A stretch of 63,860 bases of DNA, filler included, from Thermodesulfobacteriota bacterium (GCA_036381125.1; 9 parts of 9 records of this genome joined end to end with filler, not necessarily neighbours in it), one strand, 5' to 3'; positions 33,374 through 46,299 are shown, numbered from the whole stretch's first letter. The notes: generated from the sequence alone by a model not told the origin. Numbers and translations: made by a program.

Positions 33374-34156
33374 TCACGGCACGTCGCCGGGAAAGGGACC
33401 CGAGCCGGGCAGATCGGTGACGAACATGTGCCCCGGGGCGTGCGTGATCGCGAAGGGGAGTCGCGCCTCGAGCAGCGCGGCCTGAGGCGTGACGCCGCAC
33501 GCCCAGAAGACCGGCACCTCGCCCGGACGGACCGTGACCGGGTCGCCGTAGTCGGGGCGGCCGAGGTCGGCGATGCCGAGGGCGGCCGGCTCGCCGACGT
33601 GGATCGGCGCGCCGTGCACGCGCGGGACCCGGCCGGTGATCTCGACGACGCGGGGGATCTCGGCCGGCTTGAAGGGGCGCATCGTGACGACGAGCGGCCC
33701 GCGGAAGGGGCCGGCCGGGACGGTCGGCCGGCTCGTCCGGTACATCGGCACGTTGCGGCGCTCCGAGACGTGCCGGACCTCGAGCCCGGACTCGAGGAGC
33801 GGGCCCTCGAACGAGAGGGAACAGCCGATGAGGAAGGCGACCAGGTCGTCTCGCCAGGCGGCCCGCACGTCGGTCGGCTCGTCGGCAAGGACCCCGTCGC
33901 GCCAGACGCGGTAGCGGGGCAGGTCGGTCCGCAGGTCGGCCCCGGGCGCGCAGGCCGGCTCGGTCGCCCCGACGTCGAGCACCTCGAGCAGCGGACAGGG
34001 TCTCGGGTTGCGCTGGCAGAAGAGCAGGAAGTCGTAGGCGTGCGCCCGCGGCAGCGCGACGAGGTTCGCCTGCGCGTACCGCGGCGCCAGCCCGACCGTC
34101 GGTCCCGTCCATTCGCCGGCCCTGATCGCTCGCCTCGCCTCGGATGCCGACTGCAT
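33374..34156 (-). CDS. DUF1445 putative hydro-lyase (D-glutamate cyclase family)
   Basis: [50 protein letters not shown]. Confidence 0.9.
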   Translation of the reverse strand: MQSASEARRAIRAGEWTGPTVGLAPRYAQANLVALPRAHAYDFLLFCQRNPRPCPLLEVLDVGATEPACAPGADLRTDLPRYRVWRDGVLADEPTDVRAAWRDDLVAFLIGCSLSFEGPLLESGLEVRHVSERRNVPMYRTSRPTVPAGPFRGPLVVTMRPFKPAEIPRVVEITGRVPRVHGAPIHVGEPAALGIADLGRPDYGDPVTVRPGEVPVFWACGVTPQAALLEARLPFAITHAPGHMFVTDLPGSGPFPGDVP

Positions 34157-34221
34157 CGTCCCTCCTCGGGCGTGTCCCGTCTCCCGCGGCCCTCTTCTTC
34201 TTAGCGCACCGAGGGCCCGCT

Positions 34222-34237
34222 CGGCACTCCCGTTGCA
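34222..34237 (+). promoter_or_regulatory. putative sigma54 promoter
   Basis: CGGCACTCCCGTTGCA just upstream of the GGDEF gene. Confidence 0.4.
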
Positions 34238-34249
34238 CACCCTTCCGCC

Positions 34250-35155
34250 GTGAGCCGCTCGCCGATGCGCCTGCTGCTGGTCGGGCCCGCGCCGGACGAC
34301 GCGCCGCGCCTCGAGGCCGGCCTGACCCGCGTCTCGCCCGCGCCGGTCGAGGTGCGCCGCGTCGGAAGCCTCGCCGACGCCGCGCGCCGCCTGGCCGAGG
34401 GGCGGGTCGACGCGATGATGATCGACGCGGCCCGGGCCGAGGGGCGCGACCTGGAGGCGCTGCGGCGGACCTGCCGCGACTGGCCCGACCTGCCGGTGAT
34501 CGTGTTGACGGCGGCCGGCGACGACGCGTTCGGCCTCAAGGCCATCGAGGCGGGGGCGCAGGACGCCCTGCCGAAGCCGGACACGACGCCGACGCTCCTG
34601 GCCCGTGCCGTGGCCTACGCGGTGGAGCGGCAGCGGCTCCTCGGCAAGATCCGGACCCTCGCGCTCGTGGACGAGCTGACCGGCCTGTACAACCGGCGGG
34701 GCTTCCTCACGCTCGCCGGCCACGAGCTGCGCGTGGCGGCCCGGCAACGCCGGCGCGTCTGGGTGCTCTTCGCCGACCTCGACGGCATGAAGTGGATCAA
34801 CGACTCGCTCGGCCACGCGGCCGGCGACCGCGCGCTGATCGAGGCGGCGGCCGTGCTGAAGGCGACCTTCCGCGAATCGGATACGATCGCCCGGCTGGGC
34901 GGCGACGAGTTCGCCGTCTTCGCCGTGTCGTCCGGCCGGCGGGCGGCTCGCAACCGGCCGGCCGAGCGCCTCCGCCGCGCCCTCGCGGAGCGACGTCCCC
35001 ATCCCGGCCGGCCGTTCCCGCTCGCGATGAGCATCGGCGTCGTCGAGCGGGTGCCCGACACGACCACCACCATCGATCGGCTCCTCGCGATCGCGGACGA
35101 GCGGATGTACCGCGACAAGCGCGCCCGGGGGGCAGGCCGCCCGCGCGGCGGCTGA
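34250..35155 (+). CDS. REC-GGDEF diguanylate cyclase
   Basis: [25 protein letters not shown]-site, RLGGDEF; atypical REC domain. Confidence 0.88.
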   Translation: MSRSPMRLLLVGPAPDDAPRLEAGLTRVSPAPVEVRRVGSLADAARRLAEGRVDAMMIDAARAEGRDLEALRRTCRDWPDLPVIVLTAAGDDAFGLKAIEAGAQDALPKPDTTPTLLARAVAYAVERQRLLGKIRTLALVDELTGLYNRRGFLTLAGHELRVAARQRRRVWVLFADLDGMKWINDSLGHAAGDRALIEAAAVLKATFRESDTIARLGGDEFAVFAVSSGRRAARNRPAERLRRALAERRPHPGRPFPLAMSIGVVERVPDTTTTIDRLLAIADERMYRDKRARGAGRPRGG

Positions 35156-35389
35156 GCCGGCGGCGCCGGCCCCGCCCCGGGGCGCGTCACGGCCGGCCGG
35201 GCGGGGGCCGGGGCGCGGCGCGCTGTGGCGCGCGCGTCCCACCGGGGAGCGCGTGTCTCGCCCCCGGCGCGAGCCGGCCTCGGCCCTGCCGTCGGGACGG
35301 GGGCTTGCGCGACCGCGCGCGCGGGCATCCTTGATGCAGCCGGCCAGGGACGAGGCGAGCGAAGGCGCGCCGCCGAGAGGGAGGTCCGC

Positions 35390-35857
35390 ATGTTCACGAA
35401 GATCCTCGTGCCGCTGGACGGCTCGCCGCTCGCGGAGCTGGCGCTGCCGATCGCGGTCGATCTGGCGAAGCTCACCGGGGGCGCGATCACGCTCGTGCAC
35501 GCGGTCGAGGCGTCGGGGCTGCCGGGGACCGACAAGACCGACGCCGAGGTCGAGGTCGTGCGCAAGGGCGAGGCGTACGTCGAGGGGGTCGAGCAGCGCC
35601 TCCGCGCCGAAGGGGTCCAGGTGCGCTCGGCCGTCTGGTACGGGCCGCCGGTCTTCGCCATCACCGAGGCGGCCCGCATCGGCGGGACGGAGCTCATCGT
35701 CATGAGCACGCACGGCCGCGGCGGCCTCGGCCGCCTCGTCCTCGGCAGCGTCGCCGACGCGGTGATCAGGCGGACGAGCGTCCCCATCCTCCTCGTGCGC
35801 GCGCCGGGGGCGCCACTCGCGGAGCCGTTGCCCGGGCCGGCGGCGGTGCCTCGCTAG
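35390..35857 (+). CDS. universal stress protein
   Basis: [26 protein letters not shown]. Confidence 0.92.
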   Translation: MFTKILVPLDGSPLAELALPIAVDLAKLTGGAITLVHAVEASGLPGTDKTDAEVEVVRKGEAYVEGVEQRLRAEGVQVRSAVWYGPPVFAITEAARIGGTELIVMSTHGRGGLGRLVLGSVADAVIRRTSVPILLVRAPGAPLAEPLPGPAAVPR

Positions 35858-35875
35858 CCGGAAGGGGCCGAGCGG

Positions 35876-36925
35876 ATGCGCGCCTTCGTCATGAAGGGGA
35901 TCGGGCAGGTCGCGGTCGTGGAGAAGCCGGTGCCCGAGCCGGGTCCGAACGACGCCGTGGTCAGGACGACCGCGGCGCTCGTCTGCACCTCGGACACGCA
36001 CACCGTGGCCGGCGCCATCGGCGACCGGCGCGACCTCACCCTCGGCCACGAGGCGGTCGGCATCGTCCACCGGCTGGGCAGCGCGGTGAGGGGCTTCAGG
36101 GAAGGCGACCGCGTGGCGGTCAACGCCATCACGCCGGACTTCCGGTGCGAGAACTGCCAGCGCGGGTACACGTCCCAGTGCACGCAGATGCTCGGCGGCT
36201 GGAAGTTCGCCAACCTGAAGGACGGTAACCTGGCCGAGTACTTCCACGTCAACGACGCCGAGGCGAACCTCGCCCCGATCCCCGACGGCCTCACGGACGA
36301 GCAGGCGGCCTACTGCACCGACATGCTCTCGACGGGGCTCATGGGCGCCGAGCACGCGGCCATCCCGATCGGCGGGACGGTGGCCGTGTTCGCGCAGGGA
36401 CCGGTCGGCCTCATGGCGACCGTCGGGGCGAGGCTCCTCGGGGCCGGGCTCGTCATCGCGGTGGAGAGCATTCCCCGGCGCCAGGAGCTGGCCCGCCACT
36501 ACGGCGCCGACGTCGTGATCGACCACACGAAGGAGGACCCGGTCGAAGCGATCCGCCGGCTCACCGCGGGCCAGGGGGTCGACTCGGCCATCGAGGCGCT
36601 CGGCGCCGAGGCCACGTTCCAGGCGTGCGTCCGCGCGACCCGCCCCGGCGGCACCGTCTCGAACATCGGCTACCACGGGCACGGGGACGTCATCGGCCTG
36701 CCGCGGCTCGACTGGGGCGTGGGGATGGGCGACAAGACCATCCGCACCGGCCTCTGCCCCGGCGGCCGCGAGCGGATGAGCCGCCTGATGCGGCTCGTCG
36801 AGACGGGTCGCGTCGATCCGACGCTCATGACGACGCATCGCTTCACCTTCGACGAGATCGAGACGGCGTTCCGGATGATGGCGACCAAGGAGGGCGGCAT
36901 GATCAAGCCGCTCATCCGCTTCTAG
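35876..36925 (+). CDS. Zn-dependent NAD(P) alcohol dehydrogenase (secondary-ADH type)
   Basis: [36 protein letters not shown]. Confidence 0.9.
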   Translation: MRAFVMKGIGQVAVVEKPVPEPGPNDAVVRTTAALVCTSDTHTVAGAIGDRRDLTLGHEAVGIVHRLGSAVRGFREGDRVAVNAITPDFRCENCQRGYTSQCTQMLGGWKFANLKDGNLAEYFHVNDAEANLAPIPDGLTDEQAAYCTDMLSTGLMGAEHAAIPIGGTVAVFAQGPVGLMATVGARLLGAGLVIAVESIPRRQELARHYGADVVIDHTKEDPVEAIRRLTAGQGVDSAIEALGAEATFQACVRATRPGGTVSNIGYHGHGDVIGLPRLDWGVGMGDKTIRTGLCPGGRERMSRLMRLVETGRVDPTLMTTHRFTFDEIETAFRMMATKEGGMIKPLIRF

Positions 36926-36951
36926 TCCACCCGGAGTGCGTGGGGGGCACG

Positions 36952-37449
36952 ATGGGCGAGGGCACGATCCGCACGGTCGTCGGTCGCGAGCGGGGCTACC
37001 GGTTCCGCATCCGATTCGACCAGGCGGGCGTGCCCGACCTCCTCACCGACGAGCCGCCGCCGCTCGGCAACGGGGAAGGGCCCAACCCCGCCAGGCTCCT
37101 CGCGGGCGCCGTCGGCAACTGCCTGGCGGCGAGCCTCCTCTTCTGCCTCACGCGGGCCCGGATCGAGGTCGCCGGCCTCACGGCCACGGTCGACACGACG
37201 CTCGGACGCAACGAGCAGGGGCGGCTGCGCGTGACCGGGATGCGGGTCGTGCTGGCTCCCGAGGTCGCGGCGCAGGCGCGGGATCGGATGGCGAGGTGTC
37301 TCGAGATCTTCGAGTCGTTCTGCGTCGTCACCGAGAGCGTGCGCAACGGGATCGACGTGGCGGTCGAGGTCGAGCCGGCCGTCGGCGGCACCGAGACGGG
37401 GGACACCGCGCGGCAGGGCCCCGCCGGAGCGCCGGGGCCCCCGCCGTAG
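36952..37449 (+). CDS. OsmC-family protein
   Basis: [36 protein letters not shown]. Confidence 0.85.
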   Translation: MGEGTIRTVVGRERGYRFRIRFDQAGVPDLLTDEPPPLGNGEGPNPARLLAGAVGNCLAASLLFCLTRARIEVAGLTATVDTTLGRNEQGRLRVTGMRVVLAPEVAAQARDRMARCLEIFESFCVVTESVRNGIDVAVEVEPAVGGTETGDTARQGPAGAPGPPP

Positions 37450-37505
37450 GCGCGAGGCGCGCCGGTCTCGACCGCGACTCGACGAAGGCGGAAGGAGGGA
37501 GGACG

Positions 37506-38018
37506 ATGCGAACAGGGATGCGAACGGGTTGGATCGCTCGTGGAACGATCCTGTCCGGCCTGGTCGTCGCCGGGCTTGCGCTCGGCGCGACCGGCGTGCT
37601 CGCGCAGGGACCGGGTGGGGGACGGGGACCGGCGCCGGCGCCGCAGGGGCAGGGGAGCGAGACGTGGGACCGGCAGGCCGAGCAGACCTTCATGCTCGGA
37701 CCCGGGATGGGGCGCCGGCTCATGACGCAGGAGGAGTGGGCCGAGCACCAGGAGAAGATGCGCACCATGACCCCCCAGGAGCGCGAGCAGTACCGGCAGG
37801 AGATGCACGCCAGGATGCAGCAGCGCGCGAGGGAGAAAGGGATCGCGCTGCCCGACGTCCCGCGCGGGCCGATGTCGGGCGCGCCCGGCCGCGGCATGGG
37901 GCCGGGCGGCGCAATGGGTCCCGGCCGAGGCATGGGGCCGGGCGGTGCAATGGGCCCCGGTTGGGGACAGGGGCCGGGTGCCGGCGCGCCCGGCGGCGGC
38001 GCCGACCGGACGCAGTAG
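37506..38018 (+). CDS. secreted Met/Gly-rich protein
   Basis: signal peptide ending VLA, helical core LMTQEE..MTPQER, C-terminal GPGRGMGPGGAM tandem repeats; GGAGG RBS. Confidence 0.7.
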   Translation: MRTGMRTGWIARGTILSGLVVAGLALGATGVLAQGPGGGRGPAPAPQGQGSETWDRQAEQTFMLGPGMGRRLMTQEEWAEHQEKMRTMTPQEREQYRQEMHARMQQRAREKGIALPDVPRGPMSGAPGRGMGPGGAMGPGRGMGPGGAMGPGWGQGPGAGAPGGGADRTQ

Positions 38019-38262
38019 CCTCGCCTTCCACCGGCGCGGGGTCCCGTGTGCCGCGCGGGACCCCGCCGGCCCGACGCCTCGCCGTGCTGCCTGCCGCTGC
38101 CCTTGCCCTGCTGCCGATGCCGTCGTCGTCGATGCCGATGTCGCGAGGCCGAGCCTGCCGGCGCGGGCGATCCCGACCCGGGTGTGGCGGCAATGTCCCG
38201 CGACCCGCCCGCGGCGCGGCTGCAAGTCGGCGCTACGGCATCGGTCGCCCGGCGCGGCGCGC

Positions 38263-38278
38263 TGGCCCCGCGATTGCA
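38263..38278 (+). promoter_or_regulatory. putative sigma54 promoter
   Basis: TGGCCCCGCGATTGCA (TGGC-N7-TTGC) upstream of the DUF6335 operon. Confidence 0.55.
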
Positions 38279-38314
38279 GTCCGGAGTGTGCGTCACCGTG
38301 GGAGGGAGGCGCAC

Positions 38315-38677
38315 ATGGGGCGAACGCGCAGGCGGACAACGGGGCGGCCGGCACCGGGCCGGCGCAGGGGATGGGGCGACGCGAGCGGCCGGATCGGGCG
38401 GATCGCCGTGGAGCTGCAGCGCCACCACGAGACGGGACCGATCCTGTCGGGCGGCGACCTCGACGCCGACTGGCGGCACGCGCACCTCTACGGCGACGAG
38501 GCCGTCGGCGGGAGCGTGGCGACGCCCGACCAGGACATGGTCGACGAGATCGGGCGGGCCCTCGGGGTCGAGCAGGACCTCGACGACGAGCTGTGGTCCT
38601 TCGACGAGATCGTTCGCCGCCGCGACCGGGACCGGTGGGCGCTCGAGGCGGAGGCGGCCGCAGAGGAGGAGCGATGA
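38315..38677 (+). CDS. DUF6335-family protein
   Basis: LSGGDLDADW..A...GDEAVGG..ATPDQD.VDEIG.ALG. Confidence 0.78.
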   Translation: MGRTRRRTTGRPAPGRRRGWGDASGRIGRIAVELQRHHETGPILSGGDLDADWRHAHLYGDEAVGGSVATPDQDMVDEIGRALGVEQDLDDELWSFDEIVRRRDRDRWALEAEAAAEEER

Positions 38678-39783
38678 GCGTACCCCGGCACGTGCCGGAG
38701 GCCGCGGCGCTCTGCCGGTACCTCGAGGGGGTCCTCGGCGCGCCGGTCGGCGACGTGACGGTCTCGGCGCTGGGCGGTGGGCCGTCGGGGGCCGACCTGA
38801 AGCGGTTCGGCTACGGCACGCCGCTCAGGATCGACTGCACCGTCGGCCGGACGCCGCGGCGGTTCGTCCTCGCCCGGCAGCGGGTGCAGCCGGGCTACGG
38901 ACACGACTACCCGTCGGACCGCGCCCAGGCGGCGCTCTGGGGCCACGACGCCTACAACCGGCTCCCCCGCCACGTGGCGAGCCGGGACGTCGGGTTCCTC
39001 CTCGACTCGGGCGCGCTCGTCTCCGTGGCCGGCTGGCGCGACGCGTTCCAGCTCGTCGACTTCTCCGAGGGGACCGAGTACCGGCGCGACCTCGAGCGGA
39101 TCGCCGACGCCCGCGCGCTCGGCCCGGAGGACCTCGACCGCGTCGACGCGCTGGCCGCGTACCTGGCCGAGATTCATCGCGAGCGGCACGACGCGCCGCA
39201 CATCTACCACCGGCGGATCCGGGAGCTGGTCGGCCACGGCGAGTGCATCATGGGGGTGCTCGACGGCTATCCGGAGGCCTTCGCGCTCCTGCCGCCGGTC
39301 GAGCGCGAGGCGATCGAGCGGGCCGCCGTCTCCTGGCGCTGGCGCCTGCGCGGCCGCGTGGACCGGCTGGCCACGACGCACGGCGACTTCCACCCCTGGA
39401 ACATCCTCTTCAGGACGGGGACCGACTTCACGCTCCTCGACCGCAGCCGGGGCGAGTGGGGCGAGCCGGCCGACGACGTGGCGGCGCTCGTCGTGAACTA
39501 CCTCTTCTTCGCGCTCGTGTCCGAGGGGCGCTTCCGCGGTCCGCTGCGCGTCTGCTTCGAGCGGTTCCTCGACCGCTACCTCGACGCGACCGGCGACGCG
39601 GAGCTGTTCGAGGTCCTGCCGCCCTTCCTCCTCTTCCGCGGCCTCGTCCTCGCGAGCCCCAAGTGGTACCCGACGCTCGACGACGGCGTCAGGCGGAGCC
39701 TCCTCGGGCTCGTGCGGCGCATGGCGGAGCCCGGGCCGTTCGATCCGGCGGCCGTGGAGGCCTCCCTGGAGGGGCGCCGATGA
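38674..39783 (+). CDS. aminoglycoside-phosphotransferase-like kinase
   Basis: HGDFHPWNIL, LDRSRGEWGEPADD; ATGA overlap with upstream gene. Confidence 0.82.
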   Translation: MSVPRHVPEAAALCRYLEGVLGAPVGDVTVSALGGGPSGADLKRFGYGTPLRIDCTVGRTPRRFVLARQRVQPGYGHDYPSDRAQAALWGHDAYNRLPRHVASRDVGFLLDSGALVSVAGWRDAFQLVDFSEGTEYRRDLERIADARALGPEDLDRVDALAAYLAEIHRERHDAPHIYHRRIRELVGHGECIMGVLDGYPEAFALLPPVEREAIERAAVSWRWRLRGRVDRLATTHGDFHPWNILFRTGTDFTLLDRSRGEWGEPADDVAALVVNYLFFALVSEGRFRGPLRVCFERFLDRYLDATGDAELFEVLPPFLLFRGLVLASPKWYPTLDDGVRRSLLGLVRRMAEPGPFDPAAVEASLEGRR

Positions 39784-40373
39784 GCTTCGCCGTCTGGATC
39801 ACCGGACCGCCCGGGTCGGGCAAGAGCACCATCGCGCGGGAGGCCGCGCGGCGCCTCGCGGAGGCGGGCCGCCCGGTCCGCGTCCTCGAGCTCGACGAGG
39901 TCCGCAAGGTCGTCACGCCGGCGCCCACGTACAGCGAGGCGGAGCGGGACGTCGTGTACCGCGCGCTCGCGTACATGGCGAAGCTCCTGGTGGAGGCCGG
40001 CCAGCCGGTCATCGTCGACGCGACGGCCCACCGGCGCGCCTGGCGGGACCTCGCGCGCCGTCTCGTCCCGCGGTTCGCCGAGGTCGAGCTCGACTGCCCG
40101 CTCGAGGTCCGGGTGGCGCGCGAGCGGAGCCGGCGCGAGGGGCACGCCCCTCGCGGCATCTACGCGCACGCCGAGGAGCCGGGGGCGACCGTGCCGGGCG
40201 TGAACGTCCCCTACGAGTCGTCGGCCGCGGCCGAGCTTCGCCTCGACACCGCGTCGACCGACCTCGAGCGCCAGGTGGAGGCCGTCGTGGCCCTCGCGCG
40301 CAGGCTCGATCCGGAGTCCGGCGCCGGCGAGCCGTCGCCCGCCCCGCGGCCCCCCGCGCGCCGGAGGACGTGA
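39780..40373 (+). CDS. adenylyl-sulfate-kinase-like P-loop kinase
   Basis: WITGPPGSGKSTIA, LELDEVRK, VPGVNVPYE. Confidence 0.8.
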   Translation: MSFAVWITGPPGSGKSTIAREAARRLAEAGRPVRVLELDEVRKVVTPAPTYSEAERDVVYRALAYMAKLLVEAGQPVIVDATAHRRAWRDLARRLVPRFAEVELDCPLEVRVARERSRREGHAPRGIYAHAEEPGATVPGVNVPYESSAAAELRLDTASTDLERQVEAVVALARRLDPESGAGEPSPAPRPPARRRT

Positions 40374-40395
40374 GGGCGGCGCCGGGTCCCGAGCG

Positions 40396-40928
40396 TCAGG
40401 CCGCCCGTTGCCGCGCCGCGGCAACCGGCAGCCGCACGACGAAGACGCTGCCCCGGCCCGGACCGTCACTCTCCGCCCATATCCGACCGCCGTGCAGCTC
40501 GACCAGGCTCCTCACGATGGCCAGCCCCAGGCCGGCGCCGAACCGCGCCGTCCGCGCGGCCTCGGCCGTGCGATTCACCTGCTGGAACGGCAGGAAGATC
40601 CGCTCGAGGTCGCCGCGGGGGATGCCGTCGCCGTGATCGCGGACCCGCAGTTCGAGGTCGCCGCCGGTCGGCGTCCCCTCGACGTGGATCGTGCCGCCCG
40701 GCGGCGAGTGCCTGATCGCGTTCGTGAGGAGGTTGACCAGGATCTGCTCGAGCTTGAGGCGGTCGGCGGCGAGCGTCAGGCGGGGGGCGACCGCGGTGAC
40801 CACGCACACGTGCTTCTCCGCGGCGAGCGGCCTCACCTGGGCAATCGCCTCGGCCACGACGCCGTCGAGCCGGAGTCGCCTCAGGTTCAGCGGCGCGCGG
40901 CCGGCCGCCAGACGGGAGGCCTCGATCA
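40396..40928 (-). CDS. sensor histidine kinase C-terminal part (5' truncated)
   Basis: NLLTNAIRH, D.GDGIP, GAGLGLAI. Confidence 0.85.
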
Positions 40929-41028
40929 NNNNNNNNNNNNNNNNNNNNNNNNNNNNNNNNNNNNNNNNNNNNTTAATTAATTAANNNNNNNNNNNNNNNN
41001 NNNNNNNNNNNNNNNNNNNNNNNNNNNN
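40929..41028. other. contig linker (artificial)
   Basis: N44-TTAATTAATTAA-N44. Confidence 0.99.
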
Positions 41029-42826
<1,798 letters not shown>

Positions 42827-42856
42827 GGCCGCCCGGGGACCATGCCGTGCCGGTGC

Positions 42857-42886
42857 TTGACATGCCGGCCAACCTGCCGCTAACCT
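42857..42886 (+). promoter_or_regulatory. sigma70 promoter for aroF
   Basis: TTGACA-18-TAACCT. Confidence 0.55.
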
Positions 42887-42923
42887 CTCGATTCCGCTCG
42901 CTCTTCCCGATAGGAGACATCTC

Positions 42924-43946
42924 GTGATCGTGGTCATGAAGGCCCACGCCACCGACGAGGAGGTCGCGCGCGTCGTCTCGAGCGTCCGCGACCTCGGCTA
43001 CGACCCGCGGATGATCCGCGGCGTCGAGCGGACGGTCATCGCCGTCGTCGGCGACGAGCGGGGCAAGGCCGTCAAGCTCGCCAATCTCGAGAGCCTCCCG
43101 GGCGTCGAGAGCATCATGCCGGTGCTCAAGCCGTACAAGCTGGCCTCGCGGGAGGGGCGCCCGGAGACCAGCCAGGTGCGGGTGGGGGAGGGCGTCGTCG
43201 TCGGCGGCCGCAGGCTCGCGATCATGGCGGGTCCCTGCTCGGTCGAGAGCGAGGCGCAGCTCATGGAGACCGCGCGGTCGGTCAAGGCCGCCGGGGCCAA
43301 CATCCTGCGGGGCGGCGCCTTCAAGCCCCGCACGTCGCCCTACAGCTTCCAGGGGCTCGAGCACGAGGGGCTCGCCCTCCTCGCCCGGGCCCGGAAGGAG
43401 ACCGGCATGCCGGTCATCACCGAGGTCCTGAACCCCCAGGACATCGAGGCGGTGGCCGAGCACGCCGACATCCTGCAGGTCGGCGCCCGCAACGCGCAGA
43501 ACTTCGGCCTCCTCAAGGCCCTCGGCCGTCAGCGCAAGCCGGTCTTCCTCAAGCGCGGGATGAGCATGACGATCCAGGAGTTCCTCATGGCGGCGGAGTA
43601 CGTCATGTCCGAGGGGAACCCGAACGTCATCCTCTGCGAGCGCGGCATCCGGACCTTCGAGACGGCCACGCGCAACACGCTCGACCTCGGCGCGGTGGTG
43701 GTGCTGAAGGAGCAGACGCACCTGCCCGTCATCGTCGACCCGAGTCACGCCACGGGTCACTGGCAGTACGTCGCGCCGCTCGCCTTCGCCGGCATCGCCG
43801 CGGGAGCCGACGGCCTGATGATCGAGGTCCACCCGCGGCCCGACCAGGCGGAGAGCGACGGCCCCCAGTCCCTCAAGCCCGCTCGCTTCGCCACGCTCAT
43901 GGAGAAGCTCCGGCAGTTCGCCGAGGCCGCCGGACGGACGCTGTGA
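42924..43946 (+). CDS. aroF: DAHP synthase class I-beta with N-terminal regulatory domain
   Basis: [46 protein letters not shown]. Confidence 0.94.
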   Translation: MIVVMKAHATDEEVARVVSSVRDLGYDPRMIRGVERTVIAVVGDERGKAVKLANLESLPGVESIMPVLKPYKLASREGRPETSQVRVGEGVVVGGRRLAIMAGPCSVESEAQLMETARSVKAAGANILRGGAFKPRTSPYSFQGLEHEGLALLARARKETGMPVITEVLNPQDIEAVAEHADILQVGARNAQNFGLLKALGRQRKPVFLKRGMSMTIQEFLMAAEYVMSEGNPNVILCERGIRTFETATRNTLDLGAVVVLKEQTHLPVIVDPSHATGHWQYVAPLAFAGIAAGADGLMIEVHPRPDQAESDGPQSLKPARFATLMEKLRQFAEAAGRTL

Positions 43947-44030
43947 GCGCACTCGTGCGCGCCGACCGTCTTGCCGCGGTTGGTTGATGGAGGCGCTCCG
44001 GCCGCTCGCCGGGGCCGCCGGGAGGTCGTC

Positions 44031-45257
44031 ATGACCGTCGTCCGCGCTGCTGCCTTCGCCCTGGTCGCCGTTCTCGCCGCCGGTTGCGTCTCGAAACGGG
44101 AGTTCGTCCAGAAGAGCCAGGAGGCCGAGCGGTTCGCGGCGGCGCTCGCGAGGGAGCGGCAGAAGAGCGACGGGCTGGCGATCCGCGCCGCGCAGCTCGA
44201 CGCGCGCCTCGGCGAGACCGAGCGCAGCCTCGCCGCCGCGGTCAGGGAGCGCGACTCCCTGCGCGCCGCGTTGACCGAGTCGCGCACCGAGGCGGCCCGG
44301 CTCGCCGGGCAGCTCGCCGAGGCGACCGACCAGCGCGATACGCTCGCCCGGCAGCTCGACATCGCGCAGTCGTCGGCGTCCGAGAAGGACGTCGACATCC
44401 AGCGGCTCACCTACCAGTACGACGACCTCGTCAAGGACCTGAACCGGCAGAAGGCCGACCTGTCGAAGCGGCTCACCGAGGCGGGCGCCGCGCTGGCCGC
44501 GGCCGAGAGCCGCGCGAGCGGGCTCCAGGCCGAGCGCGACGCCCTCGCGGCCGATCGGCTCCGGCTCGAGACGCGCACGCGGGAGCTCGGCGCCGAGCTG
44601 GCAACCGCGAAGGCGGACCTGGCGGAGGCCCGCACCGAGCTGGCCGCCGCGCAGGAGGCGCTGGCGGCGACGCGGCAGCGCCTCGCCGACGCCGAGGCCG
44701 AGCTGACCTCCACGCGCCAGAGCCTCGGCGAGACCCGGGCGCAGCTCGAGGAGCGGGAACGCCGACTGGCGGAGGCGACCGCCACCTACGACAGGCTCGT
44801 GGCCGACCTCAAGGGCGAGATCGCCGAGGGGCAGGTCAAGATCACGCAGCTTCGCGATCGGCTCACCGTGAACCTGGTCGACAGGATCCTCTTCGACTCC
44901 GGCTCCATCGCCATCAACCCGCGCGGCCGCGAGGTGCTCGCGAAGGTGGCCGAGGTGCTGCGGTCCATCTCGGACAAGCGGATCCAGATCGAGGGGCACA
45001 CCGACAACGTCCCCATCTCGGCCGCCCTCCAGTCGCGGTTCCCGACCAACTGGGAGCTGTCGGCCGCCCGGGCGACCGCCGTGGCCCGGTTCCTCCAGGA
45101 CCAGGGCGGCCTCGACCCGACCCGCCTGGCCGCGACCGGCTTCGGCGAGCATCACCCCGTCGCGCCGAACGACACCCCCGAGGGGCGGGCGCAGAACCGC
45201 CGCATCGAGATCGTCCTGGTCCCCATCGCGACGGAGACTGCGGCCGCGGTCGAGTAA
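44031..45257 (+). CDS. coiled-coil lipoprotein with OmpA/MotB peptidoglycan-binding domain
   Basis: lipobox LAAGC, long heptad region, ILFDSG, IEGHTDNVPI, NWELSAARA, NRRIEI. Confidence 0.88.
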   Translation: MTVVRAAAFALVAVLAAGCVSKREFVQKSQEAERFAAALARERQKSDGLAIRAAQLDARLGETERSLAAAVRERDSLRAALTESRTEAARLAGQLAEATDQRDTLARQLDIAQSSASEKDVDIQRLTYQYDDLVKDLNRQKADLSKRLTEAGAALAAAESRASGLQAERDALAADRLRLETRTRELGAELATAKADLAEARTELAAAQEALAATRQRLADAEAELTSTRQSLGETRAQLEERERRLAEATATYDRLVADLKGEIAEGQVKITQLRDRLTVNLVDRILFDSGSIAINPRGREVLAKVAEVLRSISDKRIQIEGHTDNVPISAALQSRFPTNWELSAARATAVARFLQDQGGLDPTRLAATGFGEHHPVAPNDTPEGRAQNRRIEIVLVPIATETAAAVE

Positions 45258-45258
45258 T

Positions 45259-45608
45259 GGGGTCAGGTCTTTCCATTTTCCAGACCGGCGAACGTTGGGG
45301 CCTGACCCCACTCGTTTGCCGGGGCGGCGGCCGACCCGCCCCGCGCCTCGCCCCACCGGGCTCCGCCCGGTGACGGCCGAGAATGCTCTGCCATCCGTCC
45401 TGGGGTCGAGGTTGGGTCGACGACCCGAACCCGGAGGCTCCGAGCTACGGCGGGCGAGCGGCCGAGGCCCAACTCGGTTCGAACCGAGTTCGCGCCAGGG
45501 CAACGCCCGGGCGTGCCGCGGCGTAGACGGCCGCCGGCTCGCGCACCGATACGCACGGGGTCAGACCTCAACGTTTCCCCGTCTCGAAAGTGGCAAGGCC
45601 CGAGCCCC
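45259..45608. mobile_element. MITE/REPIN-like element with ~51-bp imperfect inverted termini carrying a copy of the HNH 3' end
   Basis: 45259-45309 and 45557-45608 are imperfect inverted copies, each GGGGTCAG...GA(G)CCCC. Confidence 0.55.
45445..45547. repeat. direct repeat copy B (HNH gene 3' end with 20-bp palindrome)
   Basis: first 49 bp and last 28 bp identical to 47016-47118; palindrome AACTCGGTTCGAACCGAGTT at 45471-45490. Confidence 0.9.
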
Positions 45609-45681
45609 TGGTAGAGAGTCAGTCGGCGAGGACGCAGACGTTGACGCGCCTTCACGAGCAACGACGCATGGCGACTCGCCC

Positions 45682-46299
45682 CTACCGCAGCAACGCCGGG
45701 AAGTCCGGATGGCGGACGACCGCGGCGATGAGGTTCTGAACGGCCGGCATGAAGGCGCGGACGGCGCCCTCGCTGGGCGACTCCGTCCACGCGTTGAGCG
45801 GGTAGTCGTAGGTCTCGTGGACGGTTAGGGTCTCACCGTTCGAGGACGTGAGCCGGAGCGCGAGGCGCCACGCGGACGCCCACGGCTGGACTGCGAGTTC
45901 CTCGACGTGACCGTCGAGCGTGACGGGGGCTGCCTCGTCGTACAACTCGGCGATCACGAGTTCGTCGATGAGTGCCTATCGGATGTACGCGGCGAAGGGC
46001 TCGCCATCCGGCGTCCGTATCCAGCCCCACGCGAGGCAGGGGATCGCGTCGGGCCGCGGCGGCTCGGCCGCGGCGGGCTCGGAGAGCCACGGTCCGCCGC
46101 CGAGCGGCTCGTGGAGGCGCCTGGGCTCCAGGCTGGCGGAGAAGGGTCCGATGGCGACACCAGCGGGCCGCAGCGCGCGGAGCGTGCGGACGGTCCCGGC
46201 CGAGACCGCATAGCGTGGGACTGCCGACGTGCACGCGGCGAGCGCGGTCACGAGCGCGAGGGCGACAGGGAGGGCGAGGACTGCGACGCGACGCCGCAT
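45682..46299 (-). pseudogene. lipoprotein gene interrupted by an in-frame TAG
   Basis: lipobox LAAC; TAG at 45976-45978 and the same frame continues to 45682. Confidence 0.65.

Noticed and set aside
37885-37960. 36-bp tandem repeat
   Set aside because: Encodes an ordinary GPGRGMGPGGAM low-complexity tail.
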